Positions 32,879 through 46,221 of a stretch of DNA of 64,000 bases are shown here, one piece after another. Every line of letters starts with the position of its first letter. The first letter of the stretch is position 1. Below the pieces are notes generated by a model. That model searched no databases. It saw only the letters and a list, made by a program, of their open reading frames with translations, and was not told the origin of the DNA. The position numbers and the translations under genes were made by a program. This DNA comes from Amoebophrya sp. A120 (taxonomy: Eukaryota > Protista > Dinoflagellata), in NCBI GenBank assembly GCA_905178155.1, contig CAJINV010000011.1, positions 3,133,144-3,197,143 on the forward strand. Reading direction: 5' to 3'.

Positions 32879-33725
32879 TTTTATTTAGAACCGAGGCTCC
32901 AAAATAAATGCCCGGATGGAACAGTGCCACCGTGACAAAGCTTCTTCAAAGAAGCTTTTCGAGGCTGCTGGGAACTACCTCCTGCTGCGTCCTCGTCCAG
33001 AGTCGCTGGTAAGTCCTGCCATCCTGCCTGCCACTTATCGCATCGAAATGGAGAACGGCCCGATGCGACGCTCAAGAGGCGAAAGCAGAGTGTCGGTGAA
33101 AAATTCAGTGGCACCTACTGGAATTATTTCAAAACGGAGGACCATGTACTTACTTATTTTTCTTGGAATATTGTGAAAGCAAATTTTTCAAGAAGTTGTT
33201 GAAACTACACAATAAAATCTTCGAATAGCGTTGTTGTGTTGAAAAAATCCTACAAGTTGTTCACAGCCTGATGTAGAAACAGAAAGAAGCGATCGTGTAT
33301 ATTACGATCAGGGTTTTTTGCCCGCCATACTATCGAACTGAATTCAGGATCTTTGTCAAAATGAGATCGGTCAGTCCAGGCTCAGCGGATCTGATGAAGT
33401 GCGAAAAGGTGAGCCTAATCACGGAACGACCTGCTTCGTCGAGTAGAACACAAGGCGTCGAAATAGCTACAAGACTGGCTGCAGCGCCATGCTGCACGAA
33501 GGGCATCGTGGCTCAATCTCTACGGTTTTTTGGTTTTTATTTCTTGGAAACGTTTTCGTTCATTTTGATGCACGGGGTACTTAATGCTCCTGTCGTCTTC
33601 GTTTTAATGCCAACATTGTTGTTGATTCCAATCTTTCCGCCACAAAAGTCACAAACATCTAACACCAACAACGGTTATTGGCGATATGCTAGATGAAAAT
33701 TCTCGATTTGATTTCGTTGCTTCAT

Positions 33726-36700
33726 CTACACCACTTCATCCGGCAACCCCAACAGTAAACGCATGGCAAAGTCCAGTTCTCCGTGAATGTTTTTGCTCCA
33801 CCATTGCCCGGACTGAATCACTTCGTCAGGGTGCTTCTTCTGAAAGCTCCCCTTCCCGTCTCGTTGCGTCATTTCGAAATACCCACGAAGCTCTTTCGGT
33901 ACCAGCATGCACGCCTCGCCGTGTTTTTCACGAAAAAATTTCGCAGTTTCAGGAAAAGCGCGTTCGTTCAGCGGGAAACGGCACGCGACACCCTCTGGCA
34001 TACCGACTGTCAGTGCGTGGCCGCTTTCCGGCCGCAAGGCGTATTTCAAATTATCCGTGATGAAGGTTGTTTGCTCCTTGTCTTGGGCGTACAGCGACTT
34101 GCAATGTATCGCGAACGAAGAGTCCACATTGTCCCCCAGCAAGCGAACCCCACAACTGGTACCTTCCTCCACACTTGCCGCAACTTTTCGGAACTCGATG
34201 CGCTCCAGAATGGAAACCATAGAGCTATTTTGATGCTCCGGCCCATACCAGTCGCTATTCACGCGCCATGCTCCGCGGCTTCCTATTTCCACGGCACAGC
34301 GTGCGGCTTTTGCTTGTCTATGATTGCACACGAGTGGGATACTGTTTTTATTGCTTTCGGAGGAAGGAGACACTGCGAATGTGTCGGCTACTTCCAGTGC
34401 ATGGACAGGATACCGGTTTCTGCAAATGGCCGTATCGCACGGGGGCACTGCCGGATGACCGCCAGCATCGACATTAAGAACCGCAGCAGACCCCTTCGCT
34501 TCGAGCGAGTCGCTCTTCTGGCGTTGCAGTGCCATCAATATCACCTGATAAGATAGAACGATTAGACTTGCGCGTGTTCACTTACGTTTAGTTGCTCCAC
34601 CGAAAGGAACAAACAACAACGGGGACTTCAGTCACGATACGCATACGAGCCAACTCCTTCACAATATACTTCATTGATGAATATCATTCGTTTATAGTGC
34701 AGAGATGCACAGCAAAATGAAAATTGGGTACCCGCTCGGGGATTGTCGTCTTTTGCATGTATGTCTGGTACATGGAATGGCGCAGCTCTCGCAGTTTTGC
34801 CGTCACTGCTTCCTTCTCCCGAGATTTGTTGCTGCATTCAATTGGATACACCAGTGTACGTGGCAGCGTTGAAGATTTGCGTGGCTGCAAAAGATTTGCG
34901 TGCTCTACGAGAAATGATGCGAGATTGTGCCGCTTCTGTTCCATATGATCTTCGAAGACTTGCAGAAGCCGGCCCATTTCATCACGACGTGCGCACTTTT
35001 CGCCTCGCGCGTGTGCGTGTTTCTGATACCTTGCGCACCTCGTGGCCATCGGAACTTTCTCGACGGTGACTTGCCTGTCGAGGGGTACCGCGATTCCAAA
35101 CCCGCGCGCCAAGTACTTTCCCAGCCGATAGATGTACTGCGGAGACAGGTCATTCACGGTAACCAGGTTTGTTCGCGTCGCTAGAGCGGTTGCGCCCTTC
35201 CTGCTAGCGTAGAAGCGTCCACGGTCGTAAGCGACTTGGCAGGCTGCAATATCGAACGACTCGAGAACGTTCGTCAATGAAGAGTACCACCCGATCACCT
35301 GAATCGGGGGAAATTTGCTTCCACCAAAGCAACTAGGTATTTTCTCTGTGTAGAAGGTAAGCGCGTGCGCTGACCGTTGTATGCACTTAACGCGCAATAT
35401 ATTATCCCCAATCGACGGCAATCTTCGTTCTGGTTGTCCGCGTACTTCTAGGTGTGGTGGCCCATGTCTCAGTTTACTCAGCTCGTCGGCCAAGCGCTCG
35501 ATTGCGATCTCGCACCAGGTTCGTGCCTCCGCTTCTCGTTTTTCGGGTGGGAGATCTTGAATATGCGGCATTACCAAAAAAAGATCAACATCTCCGGAGA
35601 AGTCGTCAGGATCCTTCTGCGTCAGAGCATTGGTGACCGCACCGCCGCAGAGGACCCACCGCATATCCCGGTGCACCGAAAATGCCATGTTATCAATGAT
35701 ACCCAAGAAAATCCCGAACAGCCCGCTGTCACCCATAGTGCGTGCCAACTTATGCTGGGACTCAGCCAAACACGTTAGCTTGAACTCCCGGTCCAACCTG
35801 TTCTCTACTGGCTCCAACCGCATCACGTCGCGGGGCCACTTCAAGTCGTCGGTGCGATTCCGGATCTGCAAGAACCCCTTGGTATTGTGAAGGTCGATCA
35901 AATGTGGCTCGTCGGGCCGCGGTGCACTGTGCCGACCGCGATGGTGCAGCACATTATTCGATTCTTGTTCATCTTCCCACCGCAACACTGCAGTCATGTC
36001 TTGGCGAAAAAAAAGATCGACGAACTCCGTTTCGACACACCCCGGGACCATAAACAGAGACAATAAATCGTAGATGGACCGCGTGAAGCCCGACGCGCAG
36101 CATTCTTCAGTACTACTGTCATCCGTCGTTTCAGTGGTTCCTGCTCCTTCGGAGGCGGTTCCATCGGTATAATAATTTGCAAGCGTCGAATTTTTACTCG
36201 CAAGTGCAGCAGGACGATCGTCTGCAGGAGACCCGTGTTCACTGTCGGTATGCAGCGTCACAACTTCCCACGGCGACCGTGGCGACACATTTTGGCTCTG
36301 CGATTGAAACGCCTGAGTGGAAGTCGCAGGAGAGGAAGCTAATTGCTCTTCGAACGCCGGTCTAGCAGCGCCACAACTACCAGCAGCAGCATCATCTGCA
36401 GTGCCGGTCTCGCTACCCGCACAGCCCGGCTTTCTCTCCAAAGATGAAGCGGGGATCTTCGGAAGATAATGCGCCCCAGAATTCAGCTCCACCTCGTCGA
36501 GAGTGGCGATGTTGTGCTTGCGCCGGAGTTTGTACTCCTCCTGGGGTGTGAGAATGGGGGTGTCGGAGACCCGGTGCAGAACAATCAAGAATTCGTCGAA
36601 GGAAATACCCAGCTTGCCCATGTCCACCACATTGATCTCGCCGCCCCGACTGTCGTCCAGGGGAGAACTCAAAACCTTCGCCAGCATGGGCAAGCTCTCG

Positions 36701-36858
36701 CAGAGCGGTTTCCGCGGGAGCTTGATCACGCGCTCGGGACGATCTTCGGCCTCGCCGAAACGAAGCTCGAGAAAGGTTGGAGTGGACGACTTTGGTGCGT
36801 TGGGCATGGTGCTTGTCGGGCCGCCCGCGTCTTCCGCTAGTGCGGGAGAAGCGGCCAT
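33726..36858 (-). CDS. BTB-like plus nucleotidyltransferase-like protein, about 980 aa, 2 exons
   Basis: WVLCGGAVTNAL...SGDVDLFLV, VLESFDIAACQVAYD and RLGKYLARGFGI. GT-AG intron 34545-34731 joins the 746-aa and 272-aa ORFs in phase 0. The BTB call is weak. Confidence 0.7.
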
Positions 36859-37249
36859 TCTTTTGCTTCTTTTCCGTCCTTTGAAGAGAACAGTATATGT
36901 GCGTCCTTGTATGTGCAAAAACACGTGCTTCTCCCTTACGCCATTCGTCTTGCTCCTATTTGTTTCTTTGCTGATGCTTCTGCAGCGAACTAAAAAGTGA
37001 CGACTTAAACAACTTCAATTCGTTGAAGGCAATGAAACAAACCGCAATGTTGAAACAAGTCCGCCGCCCCTCGCGGGGATACTAGACCCGCCATGTGAAA
37101 CATGGCCCAGGTGATTCTTCTGGGGCGTTCTAGTAGAAGCCAACGAACGCGACACCAGTTAAAAACGGGCCGGCGTAGCCGGTACTTACGCTGCGAGCAA
37201 AGAACAAGATGCGGCCTCCCATAAAAAAGGGGGCTATCCGAAAGTGATG

Positions 37250-38950
37250 ACACCTACAGCGGAGGCACCAACACGCACCATCCTACACGGGCAGCAGCGA
37301 CGCGCGAGGCAAAGCAGGCGCCGGCAACGTCGCGCCCCGGCGAAGTGCGGAAGATCGGCGCGCGGCCGTCGCCGCCCCTGCTGAAGTGCCGCGCCAAGCC
37401 GGGGCCGCGCCGGGCGGCTGGCAGACAGTAGGACGGGCGCAGCCACTGCCGAAAGCCTCCCCATGCGCGACGGACGGCCCGCCGGCCCGGCCGCCAATAC
37501 TTGCCTCTCGCTCTTGATGCGCTTGACCTCTTCGGGATTTGCGTCTATCCCTGCGGGGGCCCTGCTCCCGGTCGTTGCTTTGTACTCCTTAAAACGCGCG
37601 AAGCATTCAGCGCCTTCCGCTAAATTTCCGAGCTCGAAAATGGCGTCGTGAGCTCCGGCATGATAAATTTGCTCAGAAGCGCCGGCCAGCTCGCGGTCTT
37701 GCTCTGTCGTGCGAATTACCGCGGCGCTTGCCATGGTTTTCAAGTAGCCGGGGTTTCTTCTTGGGTCTAACCGGGCCCCTGCTTTTCGTGCTGCAGGGGT
37801 TTCACCTGGCCGGCCTTGCGCTCGGTATCGCTCTGGCCCCGCGCGCGCACACGCAAGAAGGCCGGCGAAGGCAGCGCCAAAGCTTTCGGGTGAACAGTCC
37901 GGGCGCCGGCAACTGGGCTGGGGGGCCAGAGCAGCCGGGGCGCTCTGCCATGTGCCTTGTTCGACATCAATTCGACGCAGGCACGCGGGTCAGTGCGACG
38001 AACGTCCTGGGTGCCCCCCGGCGTGCCCGTGGCCCCGCCATGCAAATGGGCAACACCCCGGACGAGCCCCGCCCGCCCCGTCCGGGCGCCGAAAATCGCC
38101 AAGCAGCTGGCGCCCGCCGCCCTCGTTGGATGGGGGTCGCAGCTCCTTCGGCGCAAATCAGGGAGGCCCGGACCGCTTCGCCCGCCCGCGCCTGCAAGTA
38201 GCCACAAGCCAGCCCGTGCAAAGGGCGGCGGCTGGCGCGTTTTCGTCGGCAGCAAGTGCAAAGCGCCACCGTTCCGGGATTCTTGTGGCCGGTAAACTGC
38301 CAGCGGGCAGAGGAAGCTGGGGGCCCGGGAACACACACGCCCCACACCGCTCGCCCACTCCTGGACGAAGGAAGCAAAAAGGCGAGCACAGTCTCAGACG
38401 CATGGGCTTGGACTTCAAGCCCTGCGCTTCCTCGGGGCCGCAGCCTGCCGCGCCTTCCGTCGCGCCGCGACAGCCCTTAACGCGCCGCCGCCTTTCTAGG
38501 GCCTTTGTGCAGGTCCGTTGCCAAGTTCCCCAGCGCCGGGCAGCGATGGCCCCCGAAATAAAAAAGCCCGCAACCGCCCCACCACATCACCCAGGCGCGT
38601 GGCTATCGCGTTTATACCCGACGCCTGCGAACCAGAGAGACGCCTTGCGCCCTATGCGGGCGCGCAGCAATGCAACGGCGCACCCCTGCGAACGCGGCGC
38701 GGCTTCGGGGCCCGGGAAATGGGCGCGCTACGTGTGTGAACCCGCGCCTGCCTCCTGAGGGCGCGCCCTCGACCCTCTTCCCGGGGCCATCTAGTGGCCA
38801 GACAGGTGCGGCCCTATGGCGCGAGCGCGCCTTCGAAGACCGGAGCCCTGCGCCCCCGGCTTTTCTAATCACTGAAAACGCTGGCGGACGGCTCGCGGCG
38901 GCTCTCTCCAAGGGTGGCCGTGAGCAGATGCCGCGCCGCACAGCAACATC
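37250..38950. other. GC-rich segment without a coherent gene, possible decayed element or pseudogene
   Basis: Abrupt rise in GC, and only short Arg/Pro/Ala-rich ORFs in many frames. Confidence 0.35.
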
Positions 38951-39260
38951 AGATAACGGCTTGCATTTCTCAAAAGGCAGCGAAGATCTTTCAAAAAGCC
39001 GTCGAACGCGAAGATCTTGAAGGCATCCGAACTGAAGAGTACTTCTTCATATCTTTTCTTCACACGAAGAGGAACACCGCCGGCACAAGATGGAGAAGCC
39101 ACCACAAAAAACACTTCTATTCCCTCGGGTTGCAGCAAACAGTGCCTGCATGTTTATGCACTATGCTTTTGCGCCGTGCGTATGCGAAGATACTAGCTTG
39201 CAACTTATTGCAAAAATAGTCCGAACGATACTTATTCTTGAATTTTGAAAATCTTCTTCT

Positions 39261-40190
39261 TCACGTCATCAACTCACTTAATCCGGTCGCGTACTCGGTA
39301 AGCACTGTCGGGTCACAAAAAACCGGTTTTTTCACGTATATTTTCTCGCCGTCGTCCACAATACAGTCATCATCGATCAGACGTTGCACGGTCAACAAAC
39401 TACTTGCATCCACTTCCTCGTTCCAGAGCAAGCGCAAAAACTCCTGCCGATCGCTGCTCGACGTCGATGCTCCAGGCGCAGCAGCTCGTCCACTGGAATT
39501 TGTATTGGATTTTTTACAACTATCCTTCCCCTTATTCTGCTGCTGACAAGCACCTGCCGCGCTTTGGTGTCCTTCTGCCGTGCTGGCAACAAACCCTGGG
39601 AGCAATACTTTGAACTGCGCCGCCGGTAACCGCCAAGGCGACCCGGTTTTGTATGTGTCGAGAACCTTCGGGCCGATACCCTCGCGAAGCGTCCACTTGC
39701 CGTTGATATTTCGGTACGCGGGGGTGATAGGAATGGTTCGAGCGCAGTAGTGGTTTTTGATGTTATAATTTTCGCCATTTTTATCATCGACTTCTCGGTC
39801 TCCTCCTGTGGAAAAATCACAATTTTCGAACAAAACGGGGATATGCGGGGTTAAAGGCATGGGGTTTTTCAAAAATTCCTCTCTCTGCTCGACGACCGCA
39901 AAAGCTTCCTCGTATTTGATCTCCACACAGGTGGCACACGGATAGTAGGTAAGGGTATACCCGTTGGCGGGGAGACGCTGTTGTACTTGGACGTTTGCTT
40001 TACTCGCATTATCATGTGCTTTCCTGTCCAGAATCCGGCGCTTTACGAGCTTGACGATTTCCTCGCTTTCGGCATCGTGAAGCGTTCGCTTCAGCTGCCC
40101 AGTCAGCGTCGGGTGGACCTCGACAGTGTCCAGGACGAAAAGGTGGTAAGACCCGCAGAGAACGCACTGGCTTATCGTCGCGATCTCCAT
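39261..40190 (-). CDS. Hypothetical protein, 309 aa, with CxxC pairs
   Basis: Long ORF with globular composition, containing CVLCGSYH and YPCATC. Confidence 0.6.
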   Translation of the reverse strand: MEIATISQCVLCGSYHLFVLDTVEVHPTLTGQLKRTLHDAESEEIVKLVKRRILDRKAHDNASKANVQVQQRLPANGYTLTYYPCATCVEIKYEEAFAVVEQREEFLKNPMPLTPHIPVLFENCDFSTGGDREVDDKNGENYNIKNHYCARTIPITPAYRNINGKWTLREGIGPKVLDTYKTGSPWRLPAAQFKVLLPGFVASTAEGHQSAAGACQQQNKGKDSCKKSNTNSSGRAAAPGASTSSSDRQEFLRLLWNEEVDASSLLTVQRLIDDDCIVDDGEKIYVKKPVFCDPTVLTEYATGLSELMT

Positions 40191-40790
40191 CAGCAGAGAT
40201 GGGAAGTTTTGGGGTTATTGTGCGAGAAACAAGTGTATAGGGCTTTACCGCTGCATGCTACTCTCCTTGTTTTCACGCGACGCACCTCCATGGTCTGAGA
40301 GCATCTACTTCGGCTTTATTTTCACGCCTCACACACATCACCGCGGGAAACATGCGGGAAGGTGTGGGGGATTCGGAATGTTACGTCATTGTTTGCGAAA
40401 ATGTATGGTGAATCTAGCTGCTGTTAAAATGCGAAACAAAATGAAAATATCTTGAATTTATTTCAGGAAAACGAAACGGTGTACATATTAGCGGGTGGGG
40501 ATGGGGTCCTGGTTGTGGTTGGTTTCTTACCGCATTTCATATCCATCTTTTTGCCTGTACCTGCAACGACTCCTACGTACCGTGGTGGCCTTGCGCACAT
40601 CATGAAAAACTAAAGCATCACTGTAGTTTCCATCGGGATGAACACTGTTCACCGGAAGAATCATCGCGAGGGAAGAACATCGCGCGCTCTAGTAGGAAAA
40701 ACTAGATCTTCGTCTTTTCTCAAGCGAATTTTTCATCTTAGTTGCGACTGACTGTACGTTTTTATTCCAAATAAGTACAACTCTTCTACT

Positions 40791-42475
40791 CTACGTCGGT
40801 GGTCTTATCATACTGACTCCTTCCGTGCTCGCTTTACACCGATATTTCTGCGAAAAGACCTTGTCTGCACAAAGCTTCAACTCCCCGAAATACTCGAAGA
40901 TCCCGTCCTCCTGCTGTCTCGCGAGTCGGAACCACCACGAAATCAGCCTCGACCCCGTCTCCCCTGTGCCGGCTACGACAGCCGTTACCACTTGTTTATT
41001 TGTGTCACCAGAGGGAGGTCGGGCTTCCGACTGCGATTTATTCTGCTCTCCTTCTTGCGTGGAAGTGGCTGATGGCTCGGTACTGCTGCTGCTGCTGCTG
41101 CTTGAGGATGTGGAACCTGATGCACTGCTCGTTCCTGTCGACAACTCAATACTAATTTTCGTCTTCGACACGGTCGTAAACCCGCCCTCCGCCACACTCG
41201 CGTCGTTCAGCGTTTGCATCACAAGTTTCGTGCCCTTCTCGTACTCGAGTAGCTTCCTGGTGATGATGGACTCCCGGCGTTCTTCCTCACTCAACTCCAC
41301 GTCCTTTGAACAGAGGTGCATCACTTGCCCGACCTGTAAGGGAATTCAAACACACTAGGAAAAGGGAATGCAAAAAGTCCGACACTTGCAAGAAAGATGC
41401 TGCAGCTTCCCACAACTACACATGCGTGATTCCCGTCGCCGCGATCTATTTTTGCCATCACAAACATCATAGTACTCCGGTTTGTTAGTAGGCGCAAAAA
41501 TTAAAACATTACCTGTTCGAGCTTCTGCTTCTCCCCGACAATCTTTGCATACTTCAGCGTCGGATGCGTTTCCGCGTCCCAACTCGGCACGTCGGTAAGC
41601 AAGTCAAACACAACATCTTTATACGAATTCGCCGATTTCGCTCCTAAAGGGACCGGCAACTGCACTTGACAGAGCCACTCCACGGGGTGCCCTTTCTTCT
41701 TCACGTAGCGCAGGTAGAGATGGTCTAGCACGATGAGCAGGACGACGGAGAGAAGGATGGCGCACCACCAGAAAAAAAAGAACTTCACCAGCTGTTGTGG
41801 TTTTTTTTCGATTTTGATCTTGATAGATGGCATAATTGATGAAAAATCCGGTGCAGTGCAATAAAAAAGCTGGGCGCGTCGAATGCGAATCTGCTTTTGT
41901 ATACGAAATTACTCATAGTCACACATGCTTCTGCAGAAGGAGAAGAACCAATTATGCATCACTATCTTTACGTATGGAAACGGAGCGAGGAAGGTCGACT
42001 TTTTCTTCCTTTTTCCCGACATGTAGTTGCTCAATCCACTCCACCACGACTTGCTCGCATTCTGGGTCTCCTGTTCAACATCTCCGACATTCTTGCTGTT
42101 CCCCTCCCCCGTAGTAGTTCCGTGGTCTGCAGAAGGAACTGCAGTATTTTTACCTCCTACAGCTGCTGTACTTGGTGACTCATGCACCACTCCTTCTGGA
42201 AGTAGATCATCCCCAGCAGCTTCCACGGAACTGGGCGGCAACTCGTTTTTCCGAATTTTCTTCAGCTGGCTCTCCTCCACGATTTCCCCCGTTGCTGCGT
42301 TCAGAATTCCGCCGTCGGGCGCCACGGAAAAAGAAATCGTTTTCGTCGTCGTCGCGGGCGGGGCGGCGGCGGCTGTTGCGATGGCCGGGATGGGGAAAAA
42401 GACTGCGGAGAGCAATACTACGCAGAGAAAACGACATCGCGACAGCAAGGGCTTCATTTTTACGAGACAATTCAC
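40791..42475 (-). CDS. Hypothetical membrane or secretory protein, about 3 exons (could be two genes)
   Basis: Signal-like FLCVVLLSAVFFPIPAIA, TM-like FFFFWWCAILLSVVLLIVL, and a GT-AG junction EQ|VGQV. Confidence 0.55.
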
Positions 42476-43143
42476 AAGAGAAGTTTGACTGGCAATGGGT
42501 AGTGAAATTCAACTTCAAAGTCGACTTGTACTTGAAACAAATTGTGAATAAATTAGGTGGGGCTTTGGATACATCAAAAGTTGTACTAGTAGTAGCGCGG
42601 GTTAAAAATACCGAAGGAACGAGGTTCCGTCAAAAAACAGGCATACTCGGTGGGGCGTGGGGAGAAATCGAGTAAGCAAGTGCACCTCAGTCTGTGTTCT
42701 GTTGGTAATCAAAAAGTAAAGTTCTTTCGTGATCACAAATCAGTTCAGTTCCGGATTGACACACATACTAGCGTCTAAAATATGCGGGACAAAGATCCAT
42801 TCTCGGCGAGAAACTCGAACACTGGTTTTCCACGGTTTTGCTCCGGACCTTCACTTCACCGCTGTTCCCCCAGCGATGAAAGTGAAAAATATATTGCAAA
42901 GAACTGGGTACTTATGTAATTGATTTCCTATGAAGGTAATACGTAACTCAGTTACGCTCCCTTTGCGTCGCTTGAAAAGTTATAAGTGTCGCCATTGTAG
43001 TGCCGTGACAAGAATGTCGCCGGACAACTTCTAGAGCTGGGTGTGGGTCTTTGGTACAACAGCTATGTGTGGTCAACAGCTGATGCATATGAGAGGGAGT
43101 AAACCTCGTGCAAAGGCGCAGAGGACGCCCCGTCACCGCCGAC

Positions 43144-46100
43144 CTACTTGTCCCACCCATCCTCCCCGTCGAAGCCGACAAACCCGGTGAGCAGAAAGAC
43201 CGGGAAGTAGGGCTTGCGCTCGATCTGGGAGCACCAGTTCCAGGCGGAGGTGAGTCTCCCGTCCACGCAACTACCGGCGTCGAAGAAGTTGTCCCCGCCG
43301 GACCCATCGAACGCGTGGCGGAAAAAGTCGGCGAGGATTAGTTTCTGCAATCGCTTCACGCCGCCAAAGCTGTCGATCAGCCTGATAAAGTCGACAATTT
43401 TGGGTGAATTTGTTATGATTTGCAAGTGGATGAAAACGAGTAAATTGCAACCAAAGACAGAGCGGACTCCCTGGCCGCCCCCATTTCTTCGTACGTAGTG
43501 TCGTGAAAAAAACAGTCAGTAGAAAACAACTTTTTATATTATACCCCTTATTGTGCTCCCCCACCTCGCTGTACAGCTTGGGTATTTTGTCCAAGCACAA
43601 CACGATCGGCTGACATATTCTGGGCACTTGGGCGTACTTGTCGATGAACATCAAGGCGTTGGGGACGTTGTGGTCGCCCAGGTGGATTTGGTTGGACCCA
43701 ATCCACACGCCGACCTGCTTCTGCACTTTCTCTAATATTCTGCTCATGGCCGCCTGCACGCGCTGACAGGGCTGCACGCGGTGCAGGCCCTGGCCGGTGG
43801 AAGTTAGGGTGTAGGGGTGATCCGGGTCAAGCAGATCGTGTTCTGCGTAGTGCCACAGCTGGAACATGTGGGCCAGAACTTCGCGCCAGAGGAGGAGAGA
43901 CTGGAGCACGAACCTGTGTTTTGTTCTGCATATATGAAGATTTTTTCTTGCATCTTCTTCCGCAGTGCCTATATGCAGTGTCGTCGAGGAAGCATCGTTC
44001 TGGGTAGAATTTTCTCGGCAAAAGAAGGGAGTTGTGACCCCATGAAAGACAAAGGATGCATCAAGGAATCAACATTAATATTCTGCAACACAATTTAATA
44101 CCTGTATTGCCGTTCGTGCGTGTGGCTGAGCCTCGCGCCATGCTGCCCCTCTGCAATGGACAAGGTCAGTTTTGGATCGTCCCCGGGATCCGCCGGGGAG
44201 AAGAATTCCTTCAAATATTCCAGCAACCTGTCACACGGTTCCCGGTTGAACCGCAGATAGGTGCTGTGATCACCCAAAGAGGCGACGCACTGTTCTATTG
44301 TGTCTTCATCCAACGATTCGGAATTCCCATGGTAGCCTATCGTGCTGGTGTCATCCCCCTGGACGTCGTAGCCGCGGAAATACCCGTATCTTGGCGCGAC
44401 CCGTCTTGTAGAAGTCGCGTACTTGCTCTGCAGTGACTTTTTCGCATTTTGCTTCGTCCGCAAGTCTTTCTCCACTTCTCTTCTTGACCTGCCCCTATCG
44501 CGGATTTCCATGGTGGCTTGGTGCAGGAGAGGGTCGGAGAGAAGCTTGATACCCGACGGGTGTTGGGACAGAACCTGGCGGGGGTTTGTGGGATAATTGA
44601 TGCCTTTGCGTAGTTGTACATGAAAATACGAGTTGTACTTGTAGTGCCTGCTCCTACCTAGCTACTTACGTGCCGAATGTTTGTCATCATGCGAATATAC
44701 CAAAAGCAAAACTCCAAAAACTCCAAATGAAAACAATACGTCCCACACGGTCCGGACTTCCTGAACGCATGAGAAGCCGAGCAGCTCGCTGATGTCCTTG
44801 CTGTTGCTGTCCTGCATGACATACATCATCTTCCCGTAGGCCTCGCGCATGCGCTCCGGATTCAGGATCTTATACCTCCTCCCGATTTCGAAAACCTGTT
44901 TGATGATTTCATTCAGTTTGCGAAGCGACCACAGGTACTCGCAACAAAACAAGTAGTGCCACTAGTTCGTTGCACTGCTCCAATGATGAAGACGGTAAAA
45001 GTGGTCTGTCAGGGCTCAAATCCATCAATACCGCCCGGAAAAAATCCCGATATTCTGCGAACTCCCTGGTCTTCAGCAACTGCTGCCCTTTCTCGTAGGC
45101 CTGCGACACCAATATTCCCGATAACAACGCGCACATTTGCTTCATCATTATCGTGGTTCGCTTCATCGCCAGCCTGGGGTTGTTTGGGTCCACCGGCACG
45201 CCGTCGACCTTATCCGTGTAGCTGCTTACTGCCGTGGCCCCTTCTATCAACCTCAAATAGGGCCTCTCGTTGTACGAAAGCCGTATCGGAACGAACTTAC
45301 TCCGGTCCAGAAAACTCATCTCTTGGTCGTTTATGGTCGCCGAATCCGCATCGGCCATTAGCGCATCGTCGTTCACTTCTCCGTCCCCGTATTTTATCTC
45401 CTGGTACTGCAGTGCGGCATATCGCAAGAAAAAACTGTCTCACTGTGAACCTGTGATGCAGAGAACGAAACGCCAAAGCGTTTGTCTTGCTAGACCCGCA
45501 ACACAATGGATCTCTAAGCGTGTTCTCCCTTGGGAAACGCGCATGGCAAAATTTCTGTGTCATGTTTGACAAACTTGTGATGCAGATCTTGCAAAACCAT
45601 CACAGCGAAACAGTTTTTTCTTCGGATACGGCGGCCTCTTTCTCTAATTCCTCCGTGGTCTTCGCCGTGGTGCCGTGGTTCGGCTGCTTAGAGGAAGATG
45701 TTGAACCTGTAGCTGAACTAGTAGTTCCATTTGCACTTGATTTATTGCCAGACGGACCGGTTGAGCTTGAGGACGCGGTGGGGAGATCTTTTAGTAAAAG
45801 TTCTACCTCCTCACCCAGCTTCCCCGGCTTTCTCCTCAAGTTCGCCACAATCTGCTGCAAGGTTTTCGCATCAAATTTGGTGAAGTCCTGTTTATAAAAT
45901 TATTTTCATGTTTATAAACATGGTGAAAGTGTGTTCATTCACCTCCAAGGAAAGGAAGGATCGAGACAAAAGTAATTATGCAATATAGAAGTAGATCACG
46001 CGACCAAACACAAGCGACTGCAAAAACAAGTCGTCCTTCTTTAATTATCTTTCCGCTGAAAAAAAAATTCATACCGGTGGCGGTAGCCTTTCCACCTCCC

Positions 46101-46221
46101 CCTCATTTGACCTTGCCGTGTCGACTGCGCAAGCAGTGGAAGCGGACGACGACGTGACCATGGGCTCATCCGCGGGGGACATGGAAACGTCAGAATCGTT
46201 TGGCGCACTCGCAGTTGCCAT
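43144..46221 (-). CDS. UPF0652/DUF2009 family protein, multi-exon
   Basis: VPIRLSYNERPYLRLIEGA, FEIGRRYKILNPERMREAYGKMMY, GARLSHTHERQY, HLGDHNVPNALMFIDKY and FDGSGGDNFFDAGSCVDGRLTSAWNWCS. Confidence 0.9.
45420..45628. mobile_element. Introner family 4, 209 bp
   Basis: tatcgcaagaaaaaactgt...acagttttttcttcggata, TSD cggca/cggcg. Removal gives EKEAAALQYQ. Confidence 0.88.
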
